Of a DNA stretch of 64,000 nucleotides, positions 1 to 12,000 are shown piece after piece. Where the stretch lies: contig JAANOX010000179.1 of NCBI GenBank assembly GCA_020184695.1, positions 110,527-174,526 on the forward strand, given 5' to 3'. The notes beneath the pieces were generated by a model. That model ran no database searches. It was not told the DNA's origin and worked only from the letters and a program-made list of their open reading frames with translations. Each line of letters begins with the position of its first letter. The first letter of the stretch is position 1. The stretch is from Histomonas meleagridis 2922-C6/04-290x. Taxonomy: Eukaryota; Protista; Parabasalia. A program made the position numbers and the translations under genes.

Positions 1-562
1 GAAGTTTTTCTATATCATCATTTCGAATTATTTTCGCAATTTCATTCTGATTTATTCCTTCTTTAACATATTTCTGATGAAGTTCCCAGTTATTCGCTTT
101 AAGTTTTTCAAGGTTTTTGGAGAAATATTCAGAAAATTGATAACGATGGTTTAAAACGAAATGTGCTTTAAAATGTGAAAAATATAAATTTTTCATATTT
201 TTAGTAATCGATGAGTTAATTAAACCTTTTTCTATCAACTTTCCGATAAGATAATTAGATTCTTGTGAGTTATTTTTCAGAAGGAATTGAGAAAAGATGT
301 CAATTATTTTAACTTGATTTTTATTTACATCTCGTTCAATTAAATTCAAAAACTCAATAATTATATCTATATTTTTCAATCTTGTTACAAACAAAGTGTA
401 AATGAAACGGCAGATGATCAAGTTGAATGAATACGTTCGTGAATTATCATAAAATTTGCGTAATGAAGAAACAGATGTATCAAGATTGTTTGTATTTATG
501 TTATAAATTATTTCTGTAAGTGCAATTAAGTCTGGAAAGGAATTTATCTTTGATGTGCTCAT
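1..562 (-). CDS. 5' part of a DUF3447-like/ankyrin-family protein, running off the window start
   Basis: Hand translation is open from ATG at 562 to base 1 (MSTSKINSFPDLIALTEIIYNIN...LKANNWELHQKYVKEGINQNEIAKIIRNDDIEKL). Clear paralogy with the 43.4-44.75 kb locus. Inr-like TCATTT at 575-580. Absent from the ORF track because there is no stop in the window. Confidence 0.7.
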   Translation of the reverse strand, partial: MSTSKINSFPDLIALTEIIYNINTNNLDTSVSSLRKFYDNSRTYSFNLIICRFIYTLFVTRLKNIDIIIEFLNLIERDVNKNQVKIIDIFSQFLLKNNSQESNYLIGKLIEKGLINSSITKNMKNLYFSHFKAHFVLNHRYQFSEYFSKNLEKLKANNWELHQKYVKEGINQNEIAKIIRNDDIEKL

Positions 563-1062
563 TCCAATGCTGTTAAATGACGCTGGAAAAATTTTTAATG
601 GACATGTGATATGAATTTTTATATAAAATTATAATAAATAAAAACATAGAATGAACTTCATGATGAAATCCATTCACATATTTAATTTTATTTGGAATAC
701 TTAAATTTTCATTATTCATTAAAACTTTATTATCTTTCTGCCATCCCATAGGCAGCTTATCATTTATCTCATATGCTTGAAGTTTTTCATTAAAAAATAT
801 TTCATTATTCAACCAAAACGCATCCATCTTGCTCAAATTTTTTTATGAAAATCTTCTGAATCTTCTCTTATCTTTTTCCGAAGGAAGCAAAACCTAATTC
901 AAAAAGTTGAAAATCCAATTTTTTTCAAATAAAAATGACGGTTGAAAACCGCTACAAATGATGAGATTGGAACAATTGCTAAACGAAACTTGTTCGATTT
1001 CAGGATATGTGAGAAAAAATAAATTTTTACCATTTATTATATTCATTTTCCATTTTAGATCA

Positions 1063-1908
1063 TATCCATTCGAGTCTAATAAAAAACATATCTGCTTAAA
1101 TTATTACAGCTGTTTGCTTTTTGTTTGGCTTGCTTCACAAAAGTAAATGTCCGAGATTGAGAAGTTTACAAATGCTTTACAAAACAAATGTCTTGCTAAA
1201 CGTTTAAATTGTCTACCACCCTAAAATAAATATCTCGCTTTACAAAAAGTAAATGTCTCGCTTAATAAGTAATTAAAGTAAATATCTGCATTTTTGAATT
1301 GTTTATTTTTCCTATTTTATATTCTTAAATAGTGCATTTTTATAATGAATACTCGAAAATAAATTAAATTATTTATACAAATTATTAAACTTTAATTATA
1401 AACCCTATGTTCACGGAAAAATATCAAAAAACCAAATTTTTAAAAAAAATGTATAATCATTTGATTTTTAATTTTTTAAAAAAAATCAATGCTCAAAATA
1501 ATCTCTATATCATCATAGATATGTTTTATGAATTTAAAATGTTTTTCCTAAAATATATGGAGAGAAAAAATAAATTTAATTTGGTGCTCATCACACCTGT
1601 ACCCCTCTATAGGGCAAAAAAATAATGTAGGCACAAATAATTCAAATAAAGTCTCGTGTCAAATTTATTTTATTCAATTTTTGGATATTTACTTTTGTAA
1701 AAAAAAATATTCTTTTTTACAAGCGTCACTTTTTTGCCAATTACTTTTGTAAAAGAAGAGAATCTTTTTGATAGGATAGACAATTTTTTTGTAAGGCATT
1801 TGTAAACTTCTCAATAACAGACATTTGCTTCTGTGAAGCAAGCCAAACAAAAAGCAAACAGCTGTAATAATTTGAGCAGATATGTTTTTTATTAGACTCG
1901 AATGGATA
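1063..1908. mobile_element. Foldback/MITE-like element with 122-bp inverted arms (1063-1184 and 1787-1908)
   Basis: Arms are reverse complements with about 7 mismatches in 122 nt. Partial third copy at ~1984-2027. Motif TTTACAAAAGTAAATRTCC recurs in both orientations (~1134, ~1239, 1683, 1979). No coding capacity. Confidence 0.55.
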
Positions 1909-2041
1909 AATTACTTTTCCAAAACAAGACAATATTTTTGTTATTCAGGTGATTTATTTTGTAGATGTGTCACTTTTCGGATATTTACTTTTGTAAAGCA
2001 AGCCAAACAAAAAGCAAACAGCTGTATTAGAAAAAATATGG

Positions 2042-2180
2042 TACAGTGCCGGCCACAAAAATTTGACCATTGGAAGCTAAAAATTGTCCACTTTTTAACG
2101 TTTTTTAAACGTTTTCTGCCAGGACATTCATGAATCTTTATCCATCAGTCATTAAAAATTGTCCACTTTTAGCCGTCGGA
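2042..2180 (+). mobile_element. Tc1/mariner-like terminal inverted repeat (one end only)
   Basis: TA followed by CAGTGCCGGCCACAAAAATTTGACCA resembles the Tc1 TIR start (TA|CAGTGCTGGCCAAAAA...). Internal direct repeat AAAAATTGTCCACTTTT at ~2080 and ~2155. Partner end not seen. Confidence 0.5.
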
Positions 2181-4182
2181 GACCAACGGCTCATTTTCAA
2201 AAAAATGTCATATTACTCCAATGAAAATTAAGTACAAAAAGTTAATGTATTTTCGTTGTTAAGGGCCACCCTTGATGAGCCGAATTATAAAAAAGGTCTG
2301 TTTTTAAAATTACAAGAATTTTTTTTAGCAAACAAAATTTTAATGTAATAAAATGTGGTATAAAATATAAATTTCAGCATTATTAATGATCTTATTTGAG
2401 ATTCAATGTGATTAGATGTTAATCATAAAAATTCGAAAGGAAGAGAGGAAAAAATTAATCAGGTGAGACAAAAGTCGATTCTCAAGCAATATTTAAAGGT
2501 TATATAAATGCATAAAATATATATATCAACTGTTTTAATTTTTTCGCACTTAATTTTCATTGGATTAATCGAAAACACGAAAAAATATAACACATAAATA
2601 ATATCGATGAATGATAAATAATTCAAAATATTTTATACTGAACTTAGAATTGCCAATGAAATATATGAAAATGATCACAAAATTACCTCATTATAACTAT
2701 TATGTTATAGTCATCTGTCAGAAATGTTCAAGGTTCACCATCATAATATACAGCAGAAAATTTTCATGGATGTTTGTTCATGATGTTGGTTGTATCCGAT
2801 TTATTATCAAAATTGTGTGTTACAAGTTTACAACGATATTTCAATTAATTAACCGAATCACTGACAACGGTTTTGATAGAAAATTGTCAACTTCGAAAAA
2901 CCATTTTTTTTAATGACTTCAGAAGTGCCGCGAAGCAAATTCCCAAATATAAGAATCGACCAAAATGCAAAGAACAAAAGAAGCAAATTAATCCTTTGGG
3001 ATTCTGCTGAATGGGCGATGAATGCTTATCCTAATCAAAATGTTTATCATAAGCCTCTTATATTCCTACGAAGCCGTACTAAGCAGGAGTTAGAAAAAAG
3101 TTCACTTTTGATCAAAAGTTCATCACTTACAAACAATCTCTAGAGATTCAACTCAATGAATCGAATTGTTTAAAGTACACCTTGTTTTCTTCGATTCCTG
3201 GGACGAAGTAAATTAAAAAATAACATGGTTTTAGACTTTTTTGTTCAACTTTTATATCTATTTTCTTCCAGCGTCTCCGATGATATGCCAATCCAGAATA
3301 CATTCAATTTTGAGATAAAACGGGTGCATCATTCACAGAAAATTTCTGTCATAAATCTTTGAAATTGAAAACTGCAGTTCACAAATTCAAAACATTAACC
3401 ACTGACAGATTTTGACATGAACTTGCTTCCAAGTTGAAAATTTCGAAACAAGATAAACTGCAAAAAAGGAACAAATGTGGTTGTGTGATTTGTGGCTAAT
3501 ATCTTTTTTTGTGCATGCACACGTTGAATGTTAGATTTTTTGGTTTGACATTAAAACCAATTCATATCATTTTTATTACTGCATTGTCACAAGACACATG
3601 AATACACCTATGCACGTGGAAAGTAAATTTGTTCTTTCAAATGTTTTACCTGCATTTCAAAAAAAGAAGAGCTAGAAAACCAATGATATGGCCCACCTAT
3701 GAGCAATGAAATGTGCCGATCATGGGTAAGATATTTCGGATATATATGGATATTTATTTTGAAATTGTGAAAAATAATGATCATTTTTAATTGCTAAACA
3801 CCAAATTGGTTTTTCGATAAACTATTCAAATTCAGTCAAAAATACGAATTGAATCTATTTTTTATTTCTTACTCACTACTAATATATGTTGAAGTGTTAA
3901 TTGGTTATGCGATATTGTTCAATTGTATAAATTGACTCAATTTTATTAGATAGACAAAATTATTATGAGATCATTCGGAAACATAAATATATTCACGAAA
4001 ACCTTAAATATCTGGTCCGGTAATATTTATTTCTTTCACTTGGTTGTCGTTATCTTCTGGTAAATGAGAAATAATCAAGCATCATCGACATTTTTTATTT
4101 CAATGAGGAATAAAAGGCAAATGACAGCGGTTAAATTCAACAAGTGATCGTTCGCATGGCAACGGTTAAAGAATAGATCGAA

Positions 4183-6684
4183 ATGAGCAGCTCAAGGAAT
4201 AATTCCAAAGGATATCTATCAATAGAACTCCCACCTTTAAGGGGAGAACTTGCGATGTTCCTTGATGCTATTTCTTTAAATGACCAAAATTCAAAAAATT
4301 ATTTACATACAGCTCATCAACATATCAATCATTTAAAAGTTCTTCTTGATTATACCATTGAGCAAGCAGAAGTAGAGCGTTCGAACATTGAGAAAAGTTT
4401 AAGATTAAAGCCTAAAATTCCTGCATTTCTAGATCATTCACTAATTTATGCACATAAAAAGCAAATTCATCTCACCATAAAGTACCACCGTATTAAGCAT
4501 GATATATTTGCCCAAAATACATCAGATATTTCTCAACTATTAATCTTTCTTGAAACAGCCACTAACATGAATGCGCCTATCCAGTTCAAATATGAACAAT
4601 TCCTACAAACTATCCAACTTTCCAATAACAAAGATATATCTAAGTACGAACGTCGAATCAAATCTTTAAATTTTTATCTTAAACGGACAATTCGTTATAC
4701 TCTACCCGAAGTTACATCAGCAGAACTCCTCCAGGAGCTTAACAAGGTATCAGCCGATGTTGATATGTCATTAGAATATGTTCCACCAAATTCATTTGAT
4801 GATTTGTTCATGGCATATTCGATCAGGAACAAGCTCATAATCAAATTCCAGCAACTTGCGAAACAAATGCCTCAGTTTGGCTCCACTTTTTCGAACAAAA
4901 AATCCAACAAATCAATCAAGCGAACATCTTCTGGAAATAATATCAAATCACGAAAAAATAGCATTGAGGACGGAAAGAAAAAGGAAATCAATGAAGAGCA
5001 GAAAGAAGGTGATGAAAAAACAGAAGAAACAATCAAAGATGAAGAAAATGAAAATATAAAAACAGAAGAAACAATTAAAGATGTGGAAAGTGATAAAGAT
5101 AAAACTGAAGAAATAGTTAAAGATGTGGAAAGCGAAGAAAAAGACAAAGCTGAAGAAGTTGTTGAGAATATCGAAAATGAAAAAGAAAATGGAAAAACTG
5201 AAGAAATTGCTCAAAATATCGAAAATGAAGAAAAGGAAAATGTTAAAGCTGAAGAAAATGTGGAAAGTGAAAACAACGAAAACGAAAGCAATGAAGAGGA
5301 AACAAAAGAAAATAATGTCAATGAAGAAAACGATAAACAAACTATTCAGGAAGAAGAAGAAAAGAAAGAAATGGAAACTGAAGAAAAAGTCGAAGAGAAA
5401 ACTGAAGAACATAAAAATGAAACTAAAGAAGAAATAGAAAATGTCAACAGCGAAGAAGAAAAGGACGAAAAGTTAGAAGAAGAAGAAGAAGAAGAAAACG
5501 AAATTATCACTTCAGAAGAACAAGTTAAATCTGAAGACAAAACTTCAGAAAATGAAACCGAACACGAAGAAGAAGAAACAACTAATGAAGCAGAACATAA
5601 AGAAGAAATAACTATTGATGAAACACAACAAAACGAAACTGAAGCTGAAGCAGAACACGAAGAGGAAAACGAAACAAAATCCGAAGAAAAAGAAATATCA
5701 AAAGAAGAAGAAACTGAACACGAAGCAAAACAAGAAAACGAAATAAATTCCGAAGAAACCGAATCCGAACCAAAAGAAGAAAGCAATGAAACGAATACTG
5801 AAGAAACCGAATTCGAATCGAAAGACGAAAGCAATGAAACCAAATGCGAAGAAAAAGAAACAAATCACGAAGAAGTGCAAAGTGCCGAAGAAGAACACGA
5901 AACTAAACACGAAGAAGAAGACAAAAAAGAATCAGTTGAAGATGAATCGAATTCCGAATTATTGCATATTAATAACGACAACGACAATGAAGAAGAAGAA
6001 GACATTGACGCCGAACTCCTTAAGCACAAATACGATTTTCGTGACTTTGATGTATTTGTCCAATTTTTCTTCATATCGCTTCAGCAAGGCGGCAAGATCG
6101 ACAAGAAGTCATTCATTGTCATTCGTTGTGCATGTATTCGAGTATTATTTGATATATATTATGCAGATAATGACAACATCATGTTAAGCGAGCCATGCAC
6201 CCCAGACTTCATTAAGAAGTGTGAAATTGCGCAACAATTAACACCATCGCAATTAAGTATTAGTTCGGAAATATTTGGCGACTTATATAAGAATGTTCCA
6301 ATGTGGAAGATTAGCTCTGGTACACAGCCATTCTTCGAAGCTTCTGATCACATATTCATGGCCCAGTTAATGATAAATCCATTGGATATCGCAGCAAAAA
6401 TGTTTCAAGCTATGAAATCACTTGAAAGAGCTGCAAAAGGATTCGCTTATACAACCCAAAAACAAAAGGGTAAAGACGTCGGGTTGGACGTAATCGATTT
6501 GTCTTTCGACGATTTGTTCTCAATGTTAATACCTGCGTTCACTTTGAGGCCTTTTGTTTGTCCTGACGCAATTAAACGATTCTTGTCATTGTTCGCAGAT
6601 TTGAAAATATCGGCAACATTGGATTACGCAAAAGTGTCAACGTGCGCTTTGATTGATCACGTGGAAGAAATAGAAATTAAGTGA
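4183..6684 (+). CDS. 833-aa protein with long Glu-rich low-complexity insert and possible C-terminal VPS9-like domain
   Basis: Long ORF. Acidic region at ~4980-6000. The C-terminal segment NPLDIAAKMF...LSFDDLFSMLIP resembles divergent VPS9 helices. Confidence 0.75.
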   Translation: MSSSRNNSKGYLSIELPPLRGELAMFLDAISLNDQNSKNYLHTAHQHINHLKVLLDYTIEQAEVERSNIEKSLRLKPKIPAFLDHSLIYAHKKQIHLTIKYHRIKHDIFAQNTSDISQLLIFLETATNMNAPIQFKYEQFLQTIQLSNNKDISKYERRIKSLNFYLKRTIRYTLPEVTSAELLQELNKVSADVDMSLEYVPPNSFDDLFMAYSIRNKLIIKFQQLAKQMPQFGSTFSNKKSNKSIKRTSSGNNIKSRKNSIEDGKKKEINEEQKEGDEKTEETIKDEENENIKTEETIKDVESDKDKTEEIVKDVESEEKDKAEEVVENIENEKENGKTEEIAQNIENEEKENVKAEENVESENNENESNEEETKENNVNEENDKQTIQEEEEKKEMETEEKVEEKTEEHKNETKEEIENVNSEEEKDEKLEEEEEEENEIITSEEQVKSEDKTSENETEHEEEETTNEAEHKEEITIDETQQNETEAEAEHEEENETKSEEKEISKEEETEHEAKQENEINSEETESEPKEESNETNTEETEFESKDESNETKCEEKETNHEEVQSAEEEHETKHEEEDKKESVEDESNSELLHINNDNDNEEEEDIDAELLKHKYDFRDFDVFVQFFFISLQQGGKIDKKSFIVIRCACIRVLFDIYYADNDNIMLSEPCTPDFIKKCEIAQQLTPSQLSISSEIFGDLYKNVPMWKISSGTQPFFEASDHIFMAQLMINPLDIAAKMFQAMKSLERAAKGFAYTTQKQKGKDVGLDVIDLSFDDLFSMLIPAFTLRPFVCPDAIKRFLSLFADLKISATLDYAKVSTCALIDHVEEIEIK

Positions 6685-7804
6685 TTGTGTGGAATTTATT
6701 ATTAAATAATAAATAATAAAATGAAAATTTTCATTTAATAAATGCGCTTTAAATATTGAATATATGAAAATGGATACGTTTTGGTGGAGAAGAAGAACAC
6801 ATAAGTTTGGGATAGAAAATAATCTCTATGTGATTATAATTATTGATTGGATTATATATATGATTAATAATAATGTAAATAATGATAAATAACAGCTCCG
6901 ATAGAGTTTTTCGTTTGATAAATAAGATTATTATAAACTAATAATTATAGTATTATAATACTATAGTCAATATTTATATTAATGTTGCTAATTTGGGATA
7001 TTTTGTTTGCCCAGGGCTTTCTAAAAAACAAGCTTGAGTCACAATTATCAATTCTTTTTATTCTTCATCATATTGTATAAACTATTATAATATCATAATA
7101 TCATAAGGATACTAAATTTTTTATGAATAGCTTTATAAAAAATTATATGGGAATTACTTATTATTTTTGATATGATGTAAAATGAAATAATACTTTTTGC
7201 ATTGAATTCGTTTAAAATTTAATAACACAAAAATGAGTGATATCATTTGTCGATTCTTTTCAGTGTAAAACACAAGAATCACGATATCTTTTTGAAAAAA
7301 AAAATTTTTTTTCAGATCTGAGTTTCATAGATTATTAATAACCATTATTAATGAATTTATTTGGTAATAAATTCAACAAAATATTTTTTTACATTACAAA
7401 ACAAATGATGAAAGCAAATGATATTATTGGAGAGATTCATTTTACGAAGTATTTTGAAAAATATGAGAATTATCAAAAAAATTAATATTGGGAAAATTAT
7501 AAGTGATAAGTATGTTAAGGAGCTAACCAGCATCCGACTGCCTATTTCAGCTTTCTTCTTCTTCTCCTGATGTAAGTGAAATGTGTTTATCTTTAATAAT
7601 GACATTTTTATTTGTTATCGTTGGCAATATTATTACGTAAAGAAAATTGTTTTAAATCAGTTTCACCACATGATCAAAATTTAATAAAACTTTCTGTAAA
7701 AATCTCATCCTGAATTGATATCGTCTTTTTTGAGTTTGGAGTGGTTTATTTGACAAAAATATTTTGAAAGAAATAATAAATGCCAAGAAATCTTTCAATT
7801 AAAT

Positions 7805-8506
7805 ATGGAGATAGAAAAAGAGGAAAATGAATCTGAAGTATGCGAAGAAATTATTGAGCCACCACAAATGCCAAAGAAAGAAGAAACCGAAATTCTTGTT
7901 AAAAAAAATACCAATAAATCAGTACCACAATTTCTTATGAATCCAAGAGAATATCATATAACAAAAAATGATTTAGTTTGCTTGGTCACACTTGCCAAGC
8001 TTAATGATGAAGTTATCAATTCATATTTAGTTTATTTACATAATAAATTCAAAGGTAGAATAGGAATGACAAATTCTTTTTTCATGCAAAAACTATTGAG
8101 GGATGGAAGTCCTTCAGCTTTCCAATGGGAAGGAATCAAAGGAAGTCCTATAACGTTGTATCAAAAATTCATCATTCCTGTTACGACCGGAAGTCATTGG
8201 TTTTTGATATGCATCTCAATGGAAAAAAAGAAGATTTTCTTTTTAGATTCGTGTAGTCGCCCAGTTCCCAAGCAAAAATATGTCAGGGCAATCAATGAAT
8301 TTTTAAAATTTCAAAATTCTCCTAAATTTAAAGCGCAAAACACAACTGTTCCGAAACAAAAAAACTCATATGATTGTGGTGCCTTTATGCTTTATTATGC
8401 TGAGAATATTTATAATGGCGTGAAACAAATCGGTTCATTTAATCAAAAAGAAGTTCCAATGTACCGACAAAAAATTTATGATATTTTGATACAATTTGTA
8501 CATTAA
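7805..8506 (+). CDS. Ulp1/SENP-family cysteine protease (C48)
   Basis: LNDEVINSYL, HWFLICI, FFLDS and QKNSYDCGAFML give the His-Asp-Cys triad and oxyanion Gln. Confidence 0.9.
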   Translation: MEIEKEENESEVCEEIIEPPQMPKKEETEILVKKNTNKSVPQFLMNPREYHITKNDLVCLVTLAKLNDEVINSYLVYLHNKFKGRIGMTNSFFMQKLLRDGSPSAFQWEGIKGSPITLYQKFIIPVTTGSHWFLICISMEKKKIFFLDSCSRPVPKQKYVRAINEFLKFQNSPKFKAQNTTVPKQKNSYDCGAFMLYYAENIYNGVKQIGSFNQKEVPMYRQKIYDILIQFVH

Positions 8507-9045
8507 GTAGAAGTATTATTACTTTTGTTTGTAAAATATATATAAATTGTTATAGAATAAAAAACATTATGAATTTTTATTATAATTTTCTAATATACAC
8601 AAATTTTTTAGAGAAAATTAACTTAAAATTGTTATTTCATGGTTAAAATGTTTTGAAAAAAATAAATAAAAATAAAAACAATGCGTAAAAATATAATCAC
8701 ATGAATTACATATATTTGTTTCATTTTTTAATATTTATTATTATCTTTTTGTATTTGCATGAAATATTTTTTTTTTATGCTTATATATTGTGGGTTATAT
8801 ATTTTAATAAGATTTTTTATCTTCAAATTAGTGATAAATTCAAATCAAAACAAAGGGTACAAAACTTTATTTATGGAATGACATGTTTTGAACTCATTCT
8901 TCTTTGATTTCAATCAGGGATATTTTGTCATAAATTTAATCTTAATATTGTGAGATATGACAAAAATATTTTGATAGTGTTTAAGTGTGGCATATTTTGC
9001 AAAACATTTTTTTCAATACTTTACATATAATTGCAAAAAAGCCAA

Positions 9046-12000
9046 ATGAATCCAGAAGAAGATTTTCCAACATGGATTATGATTGTTTCCACAACACTCG
9101 ATTCAATCGATGACTTTGCGATGTTTGTTCCACAATTCGAACGTCTATTCCAAACAATCATTGAAACAGGTGAACTACCAGATCCGATCAAAAATTATAA
9201 AGAACAATTTTATAATTCTGTGTACACAAGCCTTTTACAAAAAATGCTTACAATGGGTACAATGAGTGAAGAATCAAATCAGACAATATTAAATTTCTTC
9301 AAACTTGTAATTAACTTTACAAACTATGGAATAAAAACAAGTAATTCACTCATCACCAGATTTCTTTCTCTTATATTTATCAAAAATTCATATCCCCTTT
9401 ATCAAAATAATACAAAATTTGATTTCTTTAACAAAATCTGTAAATATTCATATGAATGTGATGCTTATAGTAATGCTTATGAAGCCTTAAAAAAGCTTCC
9501 ACCTATTTCCTTTATCTATGATTATTTTGTTATTATCATCACAGTATCAAATCATGACAAAAGTTTTAATTTTTGGGAATTTGCCAAAACATGTGCATCT
9601 GGTATCAAAAAAGCCTGTGAAGAAAACATGCGTAGTGCCCAAACATCACAAATTTCTCAACTTCAAGAATATATCCGTTTTAATGCATTAAATCAAAACG
9701 CAATTAACTCATCATATGTTATAGATTGGCTTGAGATCTACAAGCTATTTGTTAAAAGTGAGTTTTTCGAGAAACAACTCGCTGGTGTCAAAGGTATTGC
9801 GAGCATCATTTCTGAGCAGCGTTTTATCGGCACTGTAATTCAGTGGTTTACATCGCCCGATAACCTAGATTTATTTTCTGGTAATATTATGCATCCCGAG
9901 TTTATGCCAAGCTATAGTATAATTTTAAGTTATTTATCTGAACATAATGTCTTAACACCGGAATTTTTAACCAAGTTATGGAGTTTACATAACGTTCAAC
10001 ATGAGAATGAACAATTTCAATTTTTCTCAATCTTTAATTCCATTGCAAAGAAGTTAAATGTTGAACTTATAGTCGGGTTAACTAACATGGTTTTAAATCC
10101 TAATGTTATTAATGAAAATTGGCTTAAGTTCATTACACAATATGGGATTATCATTGGTACACGTAATGATTCATATGAATCATTTGAATTAGTTCGCGAT
10201 AAATTATTTGAAATATGTTTTAGTGATAATGAATTAAGTAATAATGCGAAAGATAGTTTATCAATGTTATTACCATATTATTTAACGAGTGAACGACTTG
10301 AAGAATATTCGGAGAAGTTAATTGAGTTTGGAAATGAATCATTAATATTTACATTATTACAAAACGCAGTTTCTACATCTACAATTGATTCACTTGAATT
10401 AATACATAAATTAGTATCAATAGCAATTGATTATTTAGTATCACATGAAGATATTAATTCATGTTTTTCATTTTTGTTTAATATTTGTTTTAAAAATGAA
10501 TTTGTTATACCAGAGAATTATCTTGATGAATTATTTTCAATTTATGACACATGTTCTACATTCAAAACATTTGTTATATCATTGATTCAAAGCGAATTAA
10601 TATCATTTGATTACTTGGAACAATTTATCGAGAATATGCCATTAGAGAAAGTAAACTTTGATTTCTTTGAAATTACAAAAGAATTTATCTCGAAGATTAA
10701 TAATTATTCAGGAACAGTTAAAGAAATACCTTTGAAACAAGAACATTTATTATGGAAATATTCGATATTTAATTCATCACAAAGAGAAAATTTTTCGAAA
10801 TATTTATGTGAAATATATTCAAGTAATGATGGAATTATATTACAAGATTATCAAATAATGAATATATTTATATTAACTTGGAGACAATATTTCGATAATA
10901 AAACAGATGAAACTATTAATGGATTATTAATATTATTAAGAACTTTCATTATAACAATAGAAAATGATGTCGATATATCAATGTTCGGAGTAAAAAGACA
11001 TTGTTTAAATGCAGATGATGAAAAAATTATTGTCGAAGTCATTGGAATGAATTTACCTGCTAAACAAGTTCATACTGTATCATTATCAATGAAAGTTAAA
11101 GCATTAAAATATCGAATTTCAAAAACTGCAATGATACCAATGTATAAATTTAAATTAATTGCAAATCAAAATACACTTGATGAAAATGAAAATATATTAA
11201 AATATGTTTCAACAATTTCACCGAAACCTGAAAAGTTAATATTAAATGTATCGATACTAGAACCTAAACGATATTTACCATTTGTACATGAAAGAAATTG
11301 TTTACCTTCAACAATTATATCACAATCAGATTTAATTGATGAACTTTTAGATTTATTAAAACAAAATAATCAAGAAGTTAAATTACTTTTAGATTATTTA
11401 CCGACAAATATATCAACGATATTAAGTTTGAAACAAATATCAAAACGTAATACATTTAATTATACTGATTTCTTACCATATAATTTCCCTTCGTTGTTTA
11501 TGTATAATTTCGAAGTATTAATTTCAAGTTTTGATGATAAAATGAAAATTGATTTTGAAAGAACAAATGGTTTTATATATTTAATTGAATTCTTTGAACA
11601 TAATTCATATCCAATTGAAATAGTTAAATTTTTATCGAAGAATTTATCGAAAGAATTAGTAGTTAAATATTCACAAAAAATATTTGATTCATTTTCACCT
11701 AAATTATTTATATTTGGAGAAGAAGGTAATGAATATAACTTTAATACGATCAATGAATTTTTAATACAAATTGCTACAACAGAAAATGTTAATATAAATG
11801 TAAATGATGAATTTAATTCATCAATACAAATATTAATGTTTTCTAGGTTTGATTTTGTAAAAAATAATGGGAAAGTATTATTAGACATATTACAAATACC
11901 ATTAAATGTCTTTGAAGAAATATTACCGAATATACCACAAGAATTAGAAGAAGATTTTTATTCATTTGTAATTCCACATGTCAAAGAATTCTCCGAAATA

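Noticed and set aside
573-1932. Short ORFs at 573, 958, 1407 and 1741
   Set aside because: No recognisable domains. Those at 958 and 1741 are translations of the inverted-repeat arms.
2611-3260. Transposase remnant downstream of the Tc1-like end (LILWDSAEW resembles a DDE strand)
   Set aside because: The match is too short and no other DDE motifs appear in any frame.
4856-6187. Many overlapping alternative-frame and antisense ORFs in the Glu-rich region (also at 30291-30644 and 33383-34254)
   Set aside because: These are shadows of low-complexity or repetitive codons in the main ORFs.
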